Source: Candidatus Sumerlaeaceae bacterium (GTDB taxonomy: Bacteria > Sumerlaeota > Sumerlaeia > Sumerlaeales > Sumerlaeaceae). From it: 64,000 nt of DNA. The notes beneath the pieces were generated by a model that was given only the letters and a program-made list of their open reading frames with translations, did not search any database and was not told where the DNA came from. Within the stretch, counting starts at the first letter, position 1, and every line of letters starts with the position of its first letter. The stretch lies in contig JBPCLP010000047.1 in assembly GCA_051003195.1 (NCBI GenBank), positions 128,001 through 192,000 of the forward strand, read 5' to 3'. The position numbers and the translations under genes were made by a program. Positions 38,327 to 48,924 of this stretch are shown in pieces.

Positions 38327-39223
38327 TCACTCCTGCTTTCCGCCGCGCTGCACACCAGTGTCGCCAAAGCGGCGTCGGTGCTCCTCGTCGATCGCACGTT
38401 GTTCCATGGATTTTTCGTCGCGTCCCATCAGCTTCTGCAGCGCAGTGCCAGGTTTTGGCTCGCGCATCAGTGTCTCGCCTACCAGGATGGCATCCACGCC
38501 GAACGAACTGAGCTGCTGCACATGCTCATACGTTTGAATGCCGCTTTCTGCAACGAACATGTAGCCCGGAAGTGGAGCCCCCAGCAGGCGCATGATTTTC
38601 TGCGTCTGCTTCAGGTCTACGGAAAATGTGCGAAGATCCCGGTTGTTAATACCGATAATGCGCGCGCCCAGTTCCGCCGCGCGATCTGCCTCGGCTTCCA
38701 GGTGCACTTCAGTCAGTGCATCCATCCCCAGTTCGTTCGCGAGTTCGCGGTAATCGACCAGCTGATACTTGTCGAGAATGGATGTAATTAGAAGTATCGC
38801 CGCCGCACCCGCGTCGCGAGCTTCGTACACCTGGTACTCGTCGATCGTGAAATCTTTGCGCAGTAACGGCATGTGATCGTCTTCAAATTCCGCGCGGATC
38901 TGCCGAAGATAATCCAGCGATCCGGCAAAGAATTCCTCATCCGTAAGTACGCTGATTGCAGCTGCGCCGTGCTCCGCGTAATCAATCGCGATGCGGATCG
39001 GGTCAAAATCCTCCCGGATAACTCCTTTGCTCGGCGACTTCTTCTTCACCTCCGCAATCACGTTGACCGTCTCCTCGTCACCACGGTGAATTGCCGGAGC
39101 GAACAGCGGGGGACAGGGCATATCGAGCATGCGGCTCTTTAGATCCGCGAGTGGAACCTTCCGCTTTGCGTTCTCCAGAAATTCGCGTTTGTACTCCACA
39201 ATCTGTTGAAGAATGGTCGACAT
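38327..39223 (-). CDS. trpC: Indole-3-glycerol phosphate synthase
   Basis: IAEVKKKSPSKG, ISVLTD, LRKDF, GINNRDL, AESGI. Confidence 0.96.
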   Translation of the reverse strand: MSTILQQIVEYKREFLENAKRKVPLADLKSRMLDMPCPPLFAPAIHRGDEETVNVIAEVKKKSPSKGVIREDFDPIRIAIDYAEHGAAAISVLTDEEFFAGSLDYLRQIRAEFEDDHMPLLRKDFTIDEYQVYEARDAGAAAILLITSILDKYQLVDYRELANELGMDALTEVHLEAEADRAAELGARIIGINNRDLRTFSVDLKQTQKIMRLLGAPLPGYMFVAESGIQTYEHVQQLSSFGVDAILVGETLMREPKPGTALQKLMGRDEKSMEQRAIDEEHRRRFGDTGVQRGGKQE

Positions 39224-39229
39224 TACCTG

Positions 39230-40270
39230 CTACGGTTTACCGCTCTGTTCGGCCCGGGAGGTAAGCGTTACCAGCTGCTCCAGCTTGTGCATCGCCGCGT
39301 CCGATTCAATAGATTTGCGCGCAGCAGCAATTCCGTCCGAAAGGTTCGCTGCTTTTCCTGCCACCCATATTGCGGCCCCGGCGTTCAGCAATACAATATC
39401 GAGGTCCGCGCCTGGTTCGCCATCCAGCACGCGCTCCAGCATGCGTGCATTTTGCGATGCATCACCACCCCTGAGCTCCGTAGGGTCGGCGAGCGAAATG
39501 CCATATTCCTGTGGTTGGATGGTAAGTTCGTGCACGTTACTCCCGCGAATCTCATATGCAAAGGTCGGCCCTGTGGTCGTAATTTCATCCAGCCCATCGG
39601 AACCATGCACTACAAGCGCATGCTCAGTTCCCAGCAAGGAGAGGACATCCGCCAGCAGGCGAGTCTTTCCGGGTACTGCAACTCCGAGAAGCTGGTGAGA
39701 GGCACCCGCAGGGTTCGCGAGCGGTCCCAGCAGATTGAAAATCGTCCGGAAGCCCAGTTCTTTTCGAATGGGTGCCACGTGTTTCATACTCAGATGATAA
39801 CATTGCGCGAACAGGAAACAGATGCCGATCTCCTCAAGCGCCCGTTCCATCACAGAAGCGTCGCAGTCGACGCGAACTCCGAGTTCCGCCAGCACATCCG
39901 CGCTGCCGCACTTACTGGTCATGGATCGATTCCCATGTTTTGCAACGCGAACACCTGCGCCCGCAGCAACGAACGCCGCAGCAGTGGAAATATTGAATGT
40001 GCCGCTGGAGTCACCGCCTGTGCCGCAGGTATCCAGGAGCGGACCAGCCGGACGCCGGAACGGTAGCGCCCGCGCGCGCAGCACGCGTGCAAACGCGGCC
40101 AGCAGCTCCGGAGTTTCTTCACGTGCCGCAATCGCCGTCAAAAGCGCAGCCATTTGAACTGGGGTCGCTTCGCCGCTCATCATTTCCATGGCGGCGCCCT
40201 CCACCTCCTGCTCGTTTCCACCAACAGGCTCCGCCGCCAGTATCCGATTCGTCAGGCTCGTGATGTTCAT
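39230..40270 (-). CDS. trpD: Anthranilate phosphoribosyltransferase
   Basis: DTCGTGGD, FNIST, AKHGNRS, GSADVL, RTIFNLLGPL, GLDEI. Confidence 0.96.
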   Translation of the reverse strand: MNITSLTNRILAAEPVGGNEQEVEGAAMEMMSGEATPVQMAALLTAIAAREETPELLAAFARVLRARALPFRRPAGPLLDTCGTGGDSSGTFNISTAAAFVAAGAGVRVAKHGNRSMTSKCGSADVLAELGVRVDCDASVMERALEEIGICFLFAQCYHLSMKHVAPIRKELGFRTIFNLLGPLANPAGASHQLLGVAVPGKTRLLADVLSLLGTEHALVVHGSDGLDEITTTGPTFAYEIRGSNVHELTIQPQEYGISLADPTELRGGDASQNARMLERVLDGEPGADLDIVLLNAGAAIWVAGKAANLSDGIAAARKSIESDAAMHKLEQLVTLTSRAEQSGKP

Positions 40271-40314
40271 AGATGCAGATTTGTCACAACGAGGCGCACT
40301 ACAAGGTTTTCCTT

Positions 40315-42045
40315 CTAATTTTCCTGGCCTCGTGCAATAGGCATGCGACGGCCAAAGCCGAATGCCTTGCTCGTGACCTTCAGGCCGGGAGCGGCCTGCG
40401 CGCGCTTGTATTCCGCCAGTTCTATCATGCGAACCACGCGCCGGACAATCGCTTCCGGCGCCGCGCCCGAGGTGACAATTTCATCCGCTGTCTGGCGCTC
40501 CTCTACAAAGAGCCGTACAATTGCATCGAGGACCGGATAGGCAGGCAGGCTGTCGGAATCTTTCTGGTTTGGCGCGAGCTCGGCCGTCGGTTCGCGGTCA
40601 ATAATCGACTGCGGAATCGGCCCACCCATTCTGACGTTCATGTGCCGCGCCAGTTTATACACCATCATTTTCGGCACATCGGAAATAAGCGCGAGCCCAC
40701 CTGCCATGTCACCGTAAAGCGTGCAGTACCCTGCCGCCATTTCGCTCTTGTTGCCCGTCGATAATACAAGTGTGCGTGGCGCAACGATCGCATTGGAAAT
40801 CCACATGAGCACGGTACCGCGGATGCGCGACTGTAGATTCTCGTTCGCGATCGGGCATACCATCTTATCGTCGCCTTCGAAAATTCCCTGGATCACGGCG
40901 GAGCCCTCGGCGCCGAGCTCCTTCGTAAACGCCTCGAATGGAGCCTGGATTGGCACCTCGACGTGACGAATACCTAGTCCCTTCGCCAATGTTGCGCTGT
41001 CCGAGCGGGTGTCCGCGCTCGTATATGGGCCGGGCATGGACACGCTGATCACGTTCTCCGCGCCAAGCGCATCCACCGCCAGTGCCAGGACAACGGCCGA
41101 ATCGATGCCGCCACTACTTCCCACCACCACCTGCGTGAAACCGGTTTTGCTCAAATAGTCGCGCAGCCCCAGTTGCAACGCGCGCGCAATTCCAGCCGCT
41201 TCGTCGGTCATATCCATGGCTGACTGTTCGAAATCGATATGTGTCGCGGAATTCGCCGTATCCCAGATGACCGTTTTCTCCTCGAACCATCCTGCAGCGC
41301 ACGGTACACTGCCGTCCGGAAGCACGACGCAGCTCCCCCCGTCGAAAATCACCTGGTCGCAGCCGCCCACCTGGTTTACCAGGATAACAGGACGTCCCCA
41401 TCGTTTCGCGGTATGCCGCAGCATTTCGACACGTCGCAGTGGCTTTCCGCTAACGAACGGAGAAGCGCTGATGTTTACGATCATATCGACTTCTAATCGA
41501 GACAGCGCCTGGATGGGGTCCGTATCATAGAGGCGCTCGTCCTTCCAGAACTCGTTATCATTCCAGATGTCTTCACATACCGATGCGCCAATTCGGGTGG
41601 TTTTGCGGTGCAACACGTACTCGGCAATCGGCGGAATTACGTCAGGTGGACACGGCCTGAAGTACCGATCCTCGTCGAAAACGTCGTACGTAGGCAGAAG
41701 CTTTTTAAATGTAAAGCGTACGTCGCCTTTCGACGTAATGAGCGCAGCCGAATTTAGCAGCGGTTTCTTGCCGCCAAAAACATTACGGTGAACCGTCCCC
41801 ACCATGGTATCGATGCCATGGTGTGTACACGCGCCGCGAACCTGGTCCAGGGCTGCATCCGCTTCATGGATGAAGCCCTTGTATTCCAGCAGATCTTTGG
41901 GCGGATATCCAGGAATCGCAAGTTCCGGAAAAATCGCGAGCTGTGCGCCATTGGCCGCCGCTGCCGTAAGCTCTTCCACGATGCGGCGCGTGTTGTACGC
42001 AATGTTGCCCGTGATGGTGTTCAGTTGGCAGAGCGCAATTTTCAT
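40315..42045 (-). CDS. nadE: Glutamine-dependent NAD+ synthetase
   Basis: Nitrilase domain (FPEL, KKLLPTYDVFDE, CEDIW) plus SGGIDS, ENLQSR, TGNKSE, TLYGD. Confidence 0.95.
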   Translation of the reverse strand: MKIALCQLNTITGNIAYNTRRIVEELTAAAANGAQLAIFPELAIPGYPPKDLLEYKGFIHEADAALDQVRGACTHHGIDTMVGTVHRNVFGGKKPLLNSAALITSKGDVRFTFKKLLPTYDVFDEDRYFRPCPPDVIPPIAEYVLHRKTTRIGASVCEDIWNDNEFWKDERLYDTDPIQALSRLEVDMIVNISASPFVSGKPLRRVEMLRHTAKRWGRPVILVNQVGGCDQVIFDGGSCVVLPDGSVPCAAGWFEEKTVIWDTANSATHIDFEQSAMDMTDEAAGIARALQLGLRDYLSKTGFTQVVVGSSGGIDSAVVLALAVDALGAENVISVSMPGPYTSADTRSDSATLAKGLGIRHVEVPIQAPFEAFTKELGAEGSAVIQGIFEGDDKMVCPIANENLQSRIRGTVLMWISNAIVAPRTLVLSTGNKSEMAAGYCTLYGDMAGGLALISDVPKMMVYKLARHMNVRMGGPIPQSIIDREPTAELAPNQKDSDSLPAYPVLDAIVRLFVEERQTADEIVTSGAAPEAIVRRVVRMIELAEYKRAQAAPGLKVTSKAFGFGRRMPIARGQEN

Positions 42046-42113
42046 AAGCTCGCACAAAGATCAACGCGGCTGGTGCTGTTTATTCCACACACCTCATCCG
42101 CGATCCGCAATCC

Positions 42114-42419
42114 TTACGCGCCACCGCCCTCCTGGATAACCGCGGGAACCCGGAAACAGCCGTCCTCGGATTCAGGCGCGTTGGATAGCGCTTCCTCGTT
42201 CGAAAGGGACGGCCTGCGCACATCCTGGCGGAAAACATTCTGCAGCGCCAGTGAGTGCGAAGTTGGCGGCACGCTGGACGTATCGAGCTCGCTTAGCTTG
42301 TCCACGTAATGCAGGATGTTTCCGAGCTCCTCCGCATAACGCGAGGCTTCCTCGTCAGTTAATTCCAGGCGGGAAAGAAGTGCGACGTGCCGAACAACCT
42401 CCGGGGTAATCTCCTGCAC
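42114..42419 (-). CDS. gatC: Asp/Glu-tRNA amidotransferase subunit C
   Basis: VRHVALLSRLEL, LDTSSVPPT, ALSNAP, FRVPAVI. Confidence 0.93.
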   Translation of the reverse strand: MQEITPEVVRHVALLSRLELTDEEASRYAEELGNILHYVDKLSELDTSSVPPTSHSLALQNVFRQDVRRPSLSNEEALSNAPESEDGCFRVPAVIQEGGGA

Positions 42420-42757
42420 TACTCTTCTTCCTCTTCCTCATCAGCTTCCACTTCTTCATCTTCCAGTTCCACTTCCTCGTCTTCAGTGTCGGTGGAGCCA
42501 GTTGCGGCCGCCTTGGCGCCACCAACAACCTGCGTGGCGGCCTCTGCGGCAGGTGCCGCCGGAAGCGTAGGCCGCTCCTGCAGTTTTTTCATGTTGGCAA
42601 AACGCACAACGAGCTTCTTCTCGCCTACCTCGCCGCCAAACTTCACAACCACCTTCTGGTCCGGTCCATCGCCGATTCGAAGCGTCACAGTTCCGTTCCC
42701 AAATTTCGGGTGCTTTATCTTGTCGCCCACGTCAAACGTCTCTACTTCAGCTGTCAT
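42419..42757 (-). CDS. Stand-alone PcrA/UvrD C-terminal-type Tudor domain protein with acidic tail
   Basis: FDVGDKIKHPKFGNGTV..GDGPDQKVVVKF..GEKKLVVRFANMKKL, then an Ala-rich linker and a poly-Glu/Asp tail. Confidence 0.75.
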   Translation of the reverse strand: MTAEVETFDVGDKIKHPKFGNGTVTLRIGDGPDQKVVVKFGGEVGEKKLVVRFANMKKLQERPTLPAAPAAEAATQVVGGAKAAATGSTDTEDEEVELEDEEVEADEEEEEE

Positions 42758-42769
42758 GATTTTCCTGTT

Positions 42770-43270
42770 CTAAATTGGTTTCTGCGCCGAACGGACAATC
42801 CGCTCTATCACATTGGAAGAAGATTTTCCATCAATGAATGGCACGGTCACTACCTTGCCACCACGACTTTCAACCTCATTTTTGCCAACGATCTCGTCCA
42901 GAATATAATCGCCGCCCTTAACAAGCACGTCGGGCTCGGTGGCTTTAATGATATCGAGCGGGGTATGTTCGGAAAAGACAGTGACATAATCTACCATCTC
43001 CAGCGCCGCAATGATTTTTACGCGCTCGGTTTCGGGGATTAATGGGCGGGCAGGCCCTTTCAGGCGGCGTGTCGATTCATCCGAATTGAGCGCAACAACC
43101 AGGACGTCGCCAAACGACTTCGCCTGTCGAAGATACCGGATGTGTCCAGGGTGGATCAGGTCGAACACGCCGTTAGTGAAAACGACCCGGCGCCCTGCAT
43201 TGCGTTCGACGGCTAGAGCCTCGCGCAGTTTATCTGACGGGAATGCCTCAAGTAAGCCCGGCCTGCTCAC
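42770..43270 (-). CDS. rfaE2: D-glycero-beta-D-manno-heptose 1-phosphate adenylyltransferase
   Basis: VFTNGVFDLIHPGH, LNSDES, LKGPARP, LVKGGDY. Confidence 0.9.
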   Translation of the reverse strand: MSRPGLLEAFPSDKLREALAVERNAGRRVVFTNGVFDLIHPGHIRYLRQAKSFGDVLVVALNSDESTRRLKGPARPLIPETERVKIIAALEMVDYVTVFSEHTPLDIIKATEPDVLVKGGDYILDEIVGKNEVESRGGKVVTVPFIDGKSSSNVIERIVRSAQKPI

Positions 43271-44523
43271 GTAGTGGATGGTTCGTCCTTTGCGCTCGCG
43301 TCCGTGGAAGGCTCATCAGCGACGCTAAGGTCCGTCGACTCCGCATCCACAATGGATTCAACACTCTCCGTTGCGGTTTCGGGGTCGTACTTAACTTCAG
43401 CCGCAGGCGAGGACTCGCCCGCAGAAGGTTTACCTGCCGATTCACTTCCGCCAAACAGGCCGAACAGGCCCCGTTTTTTAGGCCTCTCGGCCGCGCCCGA
43501 CTCACTCTCGGCCGCCCCGTCGACCGCACCTGAAGCTTCTGTGCTGGATTCAATGCCAGTCTCGCCGGCCGCTTCCGCCAGCGCATAAATCTCTTTGGGC
43601 CCAAGATCCGTCACTTGTGCTGTCGTTGCGCCCGCAATCCCTCCCGGTGTCGCAAGGAAGTAATTCTCACTCGCCTCCGCCTCAGTTGCAGGTTTTTCGG
43701 CTGCGCTCTGAAACGGGCGAAATGCCGGCTTTTCTCCCGCAGCCGTGTCACCCCTGTTTACAAGTGTCGCAGAATACGCTGCCGAACCACCGGAAGACGG
43801 TTGATGTGATCGATTCGCCGGCATCGGAACCTGGTCGAACGGACCCGTGGAGGAGCTGGGTTTAGTATACTCCGTCGAGGTGGGCCTCGTTAATTCAACC
43901 GTATGGGCCGGTTCAGGCTCCGACTCTTCCTCGCGCGATTCACGTGCATGCGGCCGCCGCACTGCAGTGTGCACCGGCACCCGTTCTGCCACTTCAAAGT
44001 CGCGAATATAAACGTGCACCTCACCAATGCTTGTAATGCCAAGATCTTCCGCCAGCGCCGCGCGCACCCGCTGTATCATCTGGCGCTCCAGCACTGGAAG
44101 ATTACCCTGCGCGCGAACGTCCGTATACAGGTCTGTGCTCACACCAAGTCTTGTATCGCGCAGGTCGATGCGCCTGACAGTGATTCCCGGAAGCTCCGCA
44201 AGCGCGCTGCGAATGTATCGCTTGATAGCAGAATCCATGATGACGACCCGTCCGCCACCCATTTGAACCTCGATTTTCATCTGCTTGCGCGGACGAATGA
44301 TTGTCATCGCCAGCACCAGCAGGCTTGCCGCCGCTAGCGCGAACCACATCCAGAATAGCCCATATCCGGGCCGCATTACCTTGATAAAACTGCGCCCCAA
44401 TTCATTAATGCGTGTCGGCTGGTAATGAAAGATCGTCGGAAGTTCGACCATCAATCCAACGATACTGATTCCGGCCAGCACCAGCAGCAGCAGGATGATG
44501 ATTAGATTTCTGAGGATGCGCAT
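43267..44523 (-). CDS. AmaP-like membrane anchor protein with long disordered acidic C-terminus
   Basis: Two TM helices, then an Asp23-like fold (GRVVIMDSAIKRYI..LGITSIGEVHVYI); adjacent to the Asp23-family gene. Confidence 0.65.
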   Translation of the reverse strand: MRILRNLIIILLLLVLAGISIVGLMVELPTIFHYQPTRINELGRSFIKVMRPGYGLFWMWFALAAASLLVLAMTIIRPRKQMKIEVQMGGGRVVIMDSAIKRYIRSALAELPGITVRRIDLRDTRLGVSTDLYTDVRAQGNLPVLERQMIQRVRAALAEDLGITSIGEVHVYIRDFEVAERVPVHTAVRRPHARESREEESEPEPAHTVELTRPTSTEYTKPSSSTGPFDQVPMPANRSHQPSSGGSAAYSATLVNRGDTAAGEKPAFRPFQSAAEKPATEAEASENYFLATPGGIAGATTAQVTDLGPKEIYALAEAAGETGIESSTEASGAVDGAAESESGAAERPKKRGLFGLFGGSESAGKPSAGESSPAAEVKYDPETATESVESIVDAESTDLSVADEPSTDASAKDEPSTT

Positions 44524-44662
44524 TTCGCCCCCGACATTAGATTGTGAAAGTGACGTGAGTGCGAAACTACCATGTCGAAAAAGAAGTTCTTATCCATGCG
44601 TCACCGTGATTCTGCGCTCGTTCGGCATACAAATCCTGGCGGATAATTAGGTGGTTACCACA

Positions 44663-45085
44663 CTAAGCGGCCTTGTTTTTCGCGGGTGGCAAGGTGCCCT
44701 CGTTGATCATTCCACGAATCGTGACGTCCACCCGTTCCACCACAAGTCCGGTATAGCTCTCGATCGCATTCTTGATCGCCCGCTGCAATTTGCGCGCAGT
44801 GTCGTACACATTGGCCCCGTACTTGATGTTAATCTCGACGGCAACGCTGCAGCGGTTTTCATTAATTTTGACCGAGATCCCCTTTTCCACGTCCTTGCTT
44901 TTCGCACCATCATAGTCGCTGTAACTGCTGCGCCCACTGAGCGTGATGACGCCGTCCACCTTGACCATTTCAATAGTCGCAATAAATGCGACAACCTCGT
45001 CATTAACGATGATTCGGCCACCATCGGCCTCATAAACGTCACCTTCATCTGGTGACGCGGCACCACTCATCTCCTCGACGCCCAT
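44663..45085 (-). CDS. Asp23/Gls24 family envelope stress protein
   Basis: [37 protein letters not shown]. Confidence 0.9.
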   Translation of the reverse strand: MGVEEMSGAASPDEGDVYEADGGRIIVNDEVVAFIATIEMVKVDGVITLSGRSSYSDYDGAKSKDVEKGISVKINENRCSVAVEINIKYGANVYDTARKLQRAIKNAIESYTGLVVERVDVTIRGMINEGTLPPAKNKAA

Positions 45086-45283
45086 GGCAGGAGCCTCTCC
45101 GCAGCTAGGTGTGTACTGGGATCATCTACAGGCGCGCCGGGAAAGTACGTCATTAAAAATCTGCATCTCCCAGCCAGACTCGCCCAAATTGCGTTTCAGG
45201 AACTCACGCATTTCCCGCGAAAAAACCACTCCTGCGCACATTTTACTGTAAATCACCAGCCGACGGGCGGGGTATTGCAGCCC

Positions 45284-47965
45284 ATGTCCAGCCCACCCAG
45301 CACTTCCACACCCACTTTTGAGAACATCTACCCGCACCGCGAGGTGGAAGCGAAGTGGCAACGCCTGTGGCGCGAGCAAAGCGCCTCCGCCACCTCAGCC
45401 GATCCCGGCGCGGATAAATACTACGTCCTTGAAATGTTCCCGTACCCTTCCGGTCGCCTGCACATGGGCCATTGCCGGGTTTATTCCATCGGCGACGCGC
45501 TGGCGCGGTTCTTCCGCATGCGGGGCAAGGCGGTGCTGCACCCCATGGGCTTCGATGCATTCGGACTGCCCGCCGAGAACGCGGCCATCAAACACCAGGT
45601 GCAACCCGGCGAATGGACCGAGCGCTGCATCTCCGATATGAAAGACCAGTTCGAGCGCATGGGCTTCAGCCTCGACTGGAACCGCGAAGCCGTCACCTGC
45701 CGCCCCGATTATTATAAGTGGAACCAGTGGCTTTTTCTCAAGATGCTGGACCGCGGCCTCGCGTACAAGAAAACAGCCGCCATCAACTGGTGCGACACCT
45801 GCCAGACGGTGCTCGCTAACGAACAGGTTGAGCAGGGTGTCTGCTGGCGCTGCCACAATCCAGTCACCATCAAGAATCTCGAACAGTGGTTCTTCAAAAT
45901 TACGGACTACGCTGAGCAGCTACTGGCCGACCTCGATAAACTCGAGGACTGGCCAGAGAGCGTGAAGACGATGCAGCGCAACTGGATCGGCCGCAGCGAA
46001 GGTGCGCGGGTGAAGTTCAAGCTGCTGCCGAAAGACGCCTGCCTGGAAATCAACGCGGCGATGAAGCAAGCCGCGGGCGATGAACCCAGCGATGAGCCGG
46101 TAATTGTGCATTGGGTAGGCGGAAAGTTCGATGACGTGGAGCAGACCGCCGCCTTCGACGACCTTGAGATTTTCACCACCCGCCCGGACACGCTCTACGG
46201 CGTGACGTTCATGTCGTTCGCCCCCGAGCATCCCATGATGGACGAACTTGTTCGCGGTACCCGGCACGAGCAGCCCGTGCGCGAGTTTACCGCCAGGGTT
46301 GCGCGCGAGGACCGTTTCCTGCGCACGGCCGCCGACCGCGAGAAGGAAGGCGTGTTCACGGGACGGTACGCAGTGAACCCTCTCAACGGCGACGTGGTGC
46401 CGATTTATGCCGCGAACTTCGTACTGATGGAATATGGCACCGGCGCGGTGATGGCCGTCCCGGCCCACGACCAGCGCGACTTTGAATTCGCGCGCAAATA
46501 CGACATTCCGATCAAGGTCGTGATCCAGCCCGACCAGGCCATCGAGCCAGACTCCATGGACGCAGCCTACGTCGAACCTGGAACCCTGGTTCAAAGCGGC
46601 CCGTTCGATGGCACACCATCTGAAGCCGCAAAGGCCGCCATCATCGCGCACCTTGAGCGGCAGGGGATAGGCAGCCGCACAATCCAGTACAAGTTGCGCG
46701 ACTGGCTCGTCTCCCGCCAGCGCTTCTGGGGCACCCCTATTCCTATCGTATATTGCGACAAGTGCGGCATGGTTCCTGTCCCCGAAGCCGAACTACCGGT
46801 GCGTCTGCCGTCCCATGCGGCGTTCACCGGCTCAGGCAATCCGCTTGCCAACTCCGAAGACTTCGTTCGCACCCCGTGCCCGAAGTGCGGAAAGGACGCG
46901 CGCCGGGAGACCGACACGATGGACACCTTTGTCGATTCCTCGTGGTACTTCCTGCGCTACTGCGATCCAACCAACGAATCGATGCCCTTCTCCAGAGACG
47001 CCGCAAACCAATGGATGCCCGTCGACCAGTACATTGGCGGAATCGAGCACGCCATTCTCCATCTGCTTTACTCGCGGTTTTTTGTCAAAGTCCTGCGCGA
47101 CCTCGGCCTCGTAAATGCCGATGAACCCTTCCAGCGTCTGCTGGCACAGGGCATGGTAACCAACACCTGGATCGACAAAAATACCGGCAAAATTGCCGTC
47201 GACGAGAACGGCCGGCCAAAGCAGGCCAAGATGTCCAAGTCCCTCGGCAATGGCGTTGATCCACTCGACATCATCGACGAGTACGGCGCCGACACCGCTC
47301 GCATGTTCATCCTGTTCGCTGCGCCCGCCGAGAAAGAACTCGAGTGGACCGACGAAGGCGTTAATGGCCAGCACAAATTCCTGAACCGCGTCTGGCGACT
47401 CGTGCAGGCAACATCCGACGCCTGCGCCGTTGCGCCCGAAGAAGCTGCCGAACTGGCGCCCGGCAACGCGAACGACCGCGAGCTTGCCTATGAGATCAGC
47501 CGCGCCATCCATCGCGTCGGTGTGGAGATGGGGGAGAGACACCATTTCAACACCTCCATCGCCGCGATCATGGAACTGAGCAACGCAATCCACAGCTACC
47601 TGGGCAGCGCGCACGAAATCGAACGCATGACCGTCGGCTTTGGTGTGCGCTCGCTGCTGCTGTTGCTCTATCCTTTCGCACCGCACATAACCAGCGAGCT
47701 GTGGGAACGCGCAGGCTTCCCCGGTTTCATTCATCAGCAGCCATTTCCCGTGCCCAATCCAGCAGCACTGCAGCGCGATGAAATGGAACTGGCGCTCCAG
47801 GTGAACGGCAAGATCCGCTCAAAGCTGATGATCGCCAGCTCAGCTTCCGAAGACGACATCAAAGCCGCTGCCCTGCAGGATGAAAAAGTGCAGGCCCACC
47901 TCGAAAACCGCACACCTAAAAAAGTAATCTACGTGCGCGGAAAGCTCGTCAACGTCGTGGGCTGA
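45284..47965 (+). CDS. leuS: Leucine--tRNA ligase
   Basis: [44 protein letters not shown]. Confidence 0.97.
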   Translation: MSSPPSTSTPTFENIYPHREVEAKWQRLWREQSASATSADPGADKYYVLEMFPYPSGRLHMGHCRVYSIGDALARFFRMRGKAVLHPMGFDAFGLPAENAAIKHQVQPGEWTERCISDMKDQFERMGFSLDWNREAVTCRPDYYKWNQWLFLKMLDRGLAYKKTAAINWCDTCQTVLANEQVEQGVCWRCHNPVTIKNLEQWFFKITDYAEQLLADLDKLEDWPESVKTMQRNWIGRSEGARVKFKLLPKDACLEINAAMKQAAGDEPSDEPVIVHWVGGKFDDVEQTAAFDDLEIFTTRPDTLYGVTFMSFAPEHPMMDELVRGTRHEQPVREFTARVAREDRFLRTAADREKEGVFTGRYAVNPLNGDVVPIYAANFVLMEYGTGAVMAVPAHDQRDFEFARKYDIPIKVVIQPDQAIEPDSMDAAYVEPGTLVQSGPFDGTPSEAAKAAIIAHLERQGIGSRTIQYKLRDWLVSRQRFWGTPIPIVYCDKCGMVPVPEAELPVRLPSHAAFTGSGNPLANSEDFVRTPCPKCGKDARRETDTMDTFVDSSWYFLRYCDPTNESMPFSRDAANQWMPVDQYIGGIEHAILHLLYSRFFVKVLRDLGLVNADEPFQRLLAQGMVTNTWIDKNTGKIAVDENGRPKQAKMSKSLGNGVDPLDIIDEYGADTARMFILFAAPAEKELEWTDEGVNGQHKFLNRVWRLVQATSDACAVAPEEAAELAPGNANDRELAYEISRAIHRVGVEMGERHHFNTSIAAIMELSNAIHSYLGSAHEIERMTVGFGVRSLLLLLYPFAPHITSELWERAGFPGFIHQQPFPVPNPAALQRDEMELALQVNGKIRSKLMIASSASEDDIKAAALQDEKVQAHLENRTPKKVIYVRGKLVNVVG

Positions 47966-47995
47966 ACTCGTGTAGTGTATCGCGCATCCTGCGCG

Positions 47996-48111
47996 GTAGA
48001 GCAGGCTTCCAGCCTGCTGCGAGAAGAAGACTCAATCAGTCTTAGAAGCGCCGGGTAAATGACTCGAGCCCTGCGCTACCCAAAGCGGCGGCAAGCCGCG
48101 CGCACTCCAAA
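47996..48111. repeat. REP-like palindromes downstream of leuS
   Basis: GTAG-led hairpin AGCAGGCT-TCC-AGCCTGCT, and AAAGCGGCGGCAAGCCGCGCGCACTCCAAA. Confidence 0.5.
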
Positions 48112-48128
48112 ATCCAGCGCCGAGCCTC

Positions 48129-48165
48129 AATCAAAGCTAATCAAAGCTAATCAAAACTAATCAAA
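48129..48165. repeat. 10-bp tandem repeat (AATCAAAGCT), about 3.7 copies
   Basis: AATCAAAGCT AATCAAAGCT AATCAAAACT AATCAAA. Confidence 0.9.
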
Positions 48166-48924
48166 CAATTGCGTCTCTCATTGGCATTTCACGCTTTAAA
48201 TCAAACAGGCCGATGGGGTAATTTCGCCCTTTGATTTCCGTAATGTTCAGATCATGTTGCCTCCGGTTCTTTTGTTTTTCGGTCGGGAGGCGTGTGAGGC
48301 GAATGCGGATTGCGGATTGCGGAGTTCAAGCCGGAATCGGAATCGTCGGCGCAAGGATGGCAGGTTGCGTTGCCAGGGTCATCATAATGTCTCCTTCCTG
48401 CTTTCAAGTTCAAGTTGGTAATTTCGCCACTTGAATAGCGGTAATCCTCGCGTAAGGTTTCGCCGGGCCGAGTGGTCCGCGGGGCTTGCCGGATGGGTGG
48501 CTTTTTCCGTCAAGCGCAAAGACATAAAACGCCACGCGGATTGGGCGCAGACGTGCCCTCTGCCGTCGGTCACGGCGTACGAGGCTGCATAGTTGTCAAA
48601 GAACGTGTTCAGCTTAGCTTTACTACGCGGGCAGGTATACACCAGTTCTGGAGAGCGTGTCACTTCCCTGGCGTCACCTTAGCGTGGGCTAAGTCCAATA
48701 AAGTCGAAGAGAGTTTTTTGGGCGAAGGTGCGCTGGTGCGTGCGGGCAACTTTGGATGAAGGTCCTTGCTCGACGTGCGATAGCGATGAGACCTTCCGTG
48801 AGAAAGTTGATCGTCGAGAGTGCGAAGGGGACGGTCGGCCACGTCCCCGTAACTTCCTACCGCGAACGTTATTCTGTCCCCGTTATTCTACGTGTTGACA
48901 ATCACGGCGAGACGGTAGAGATAT

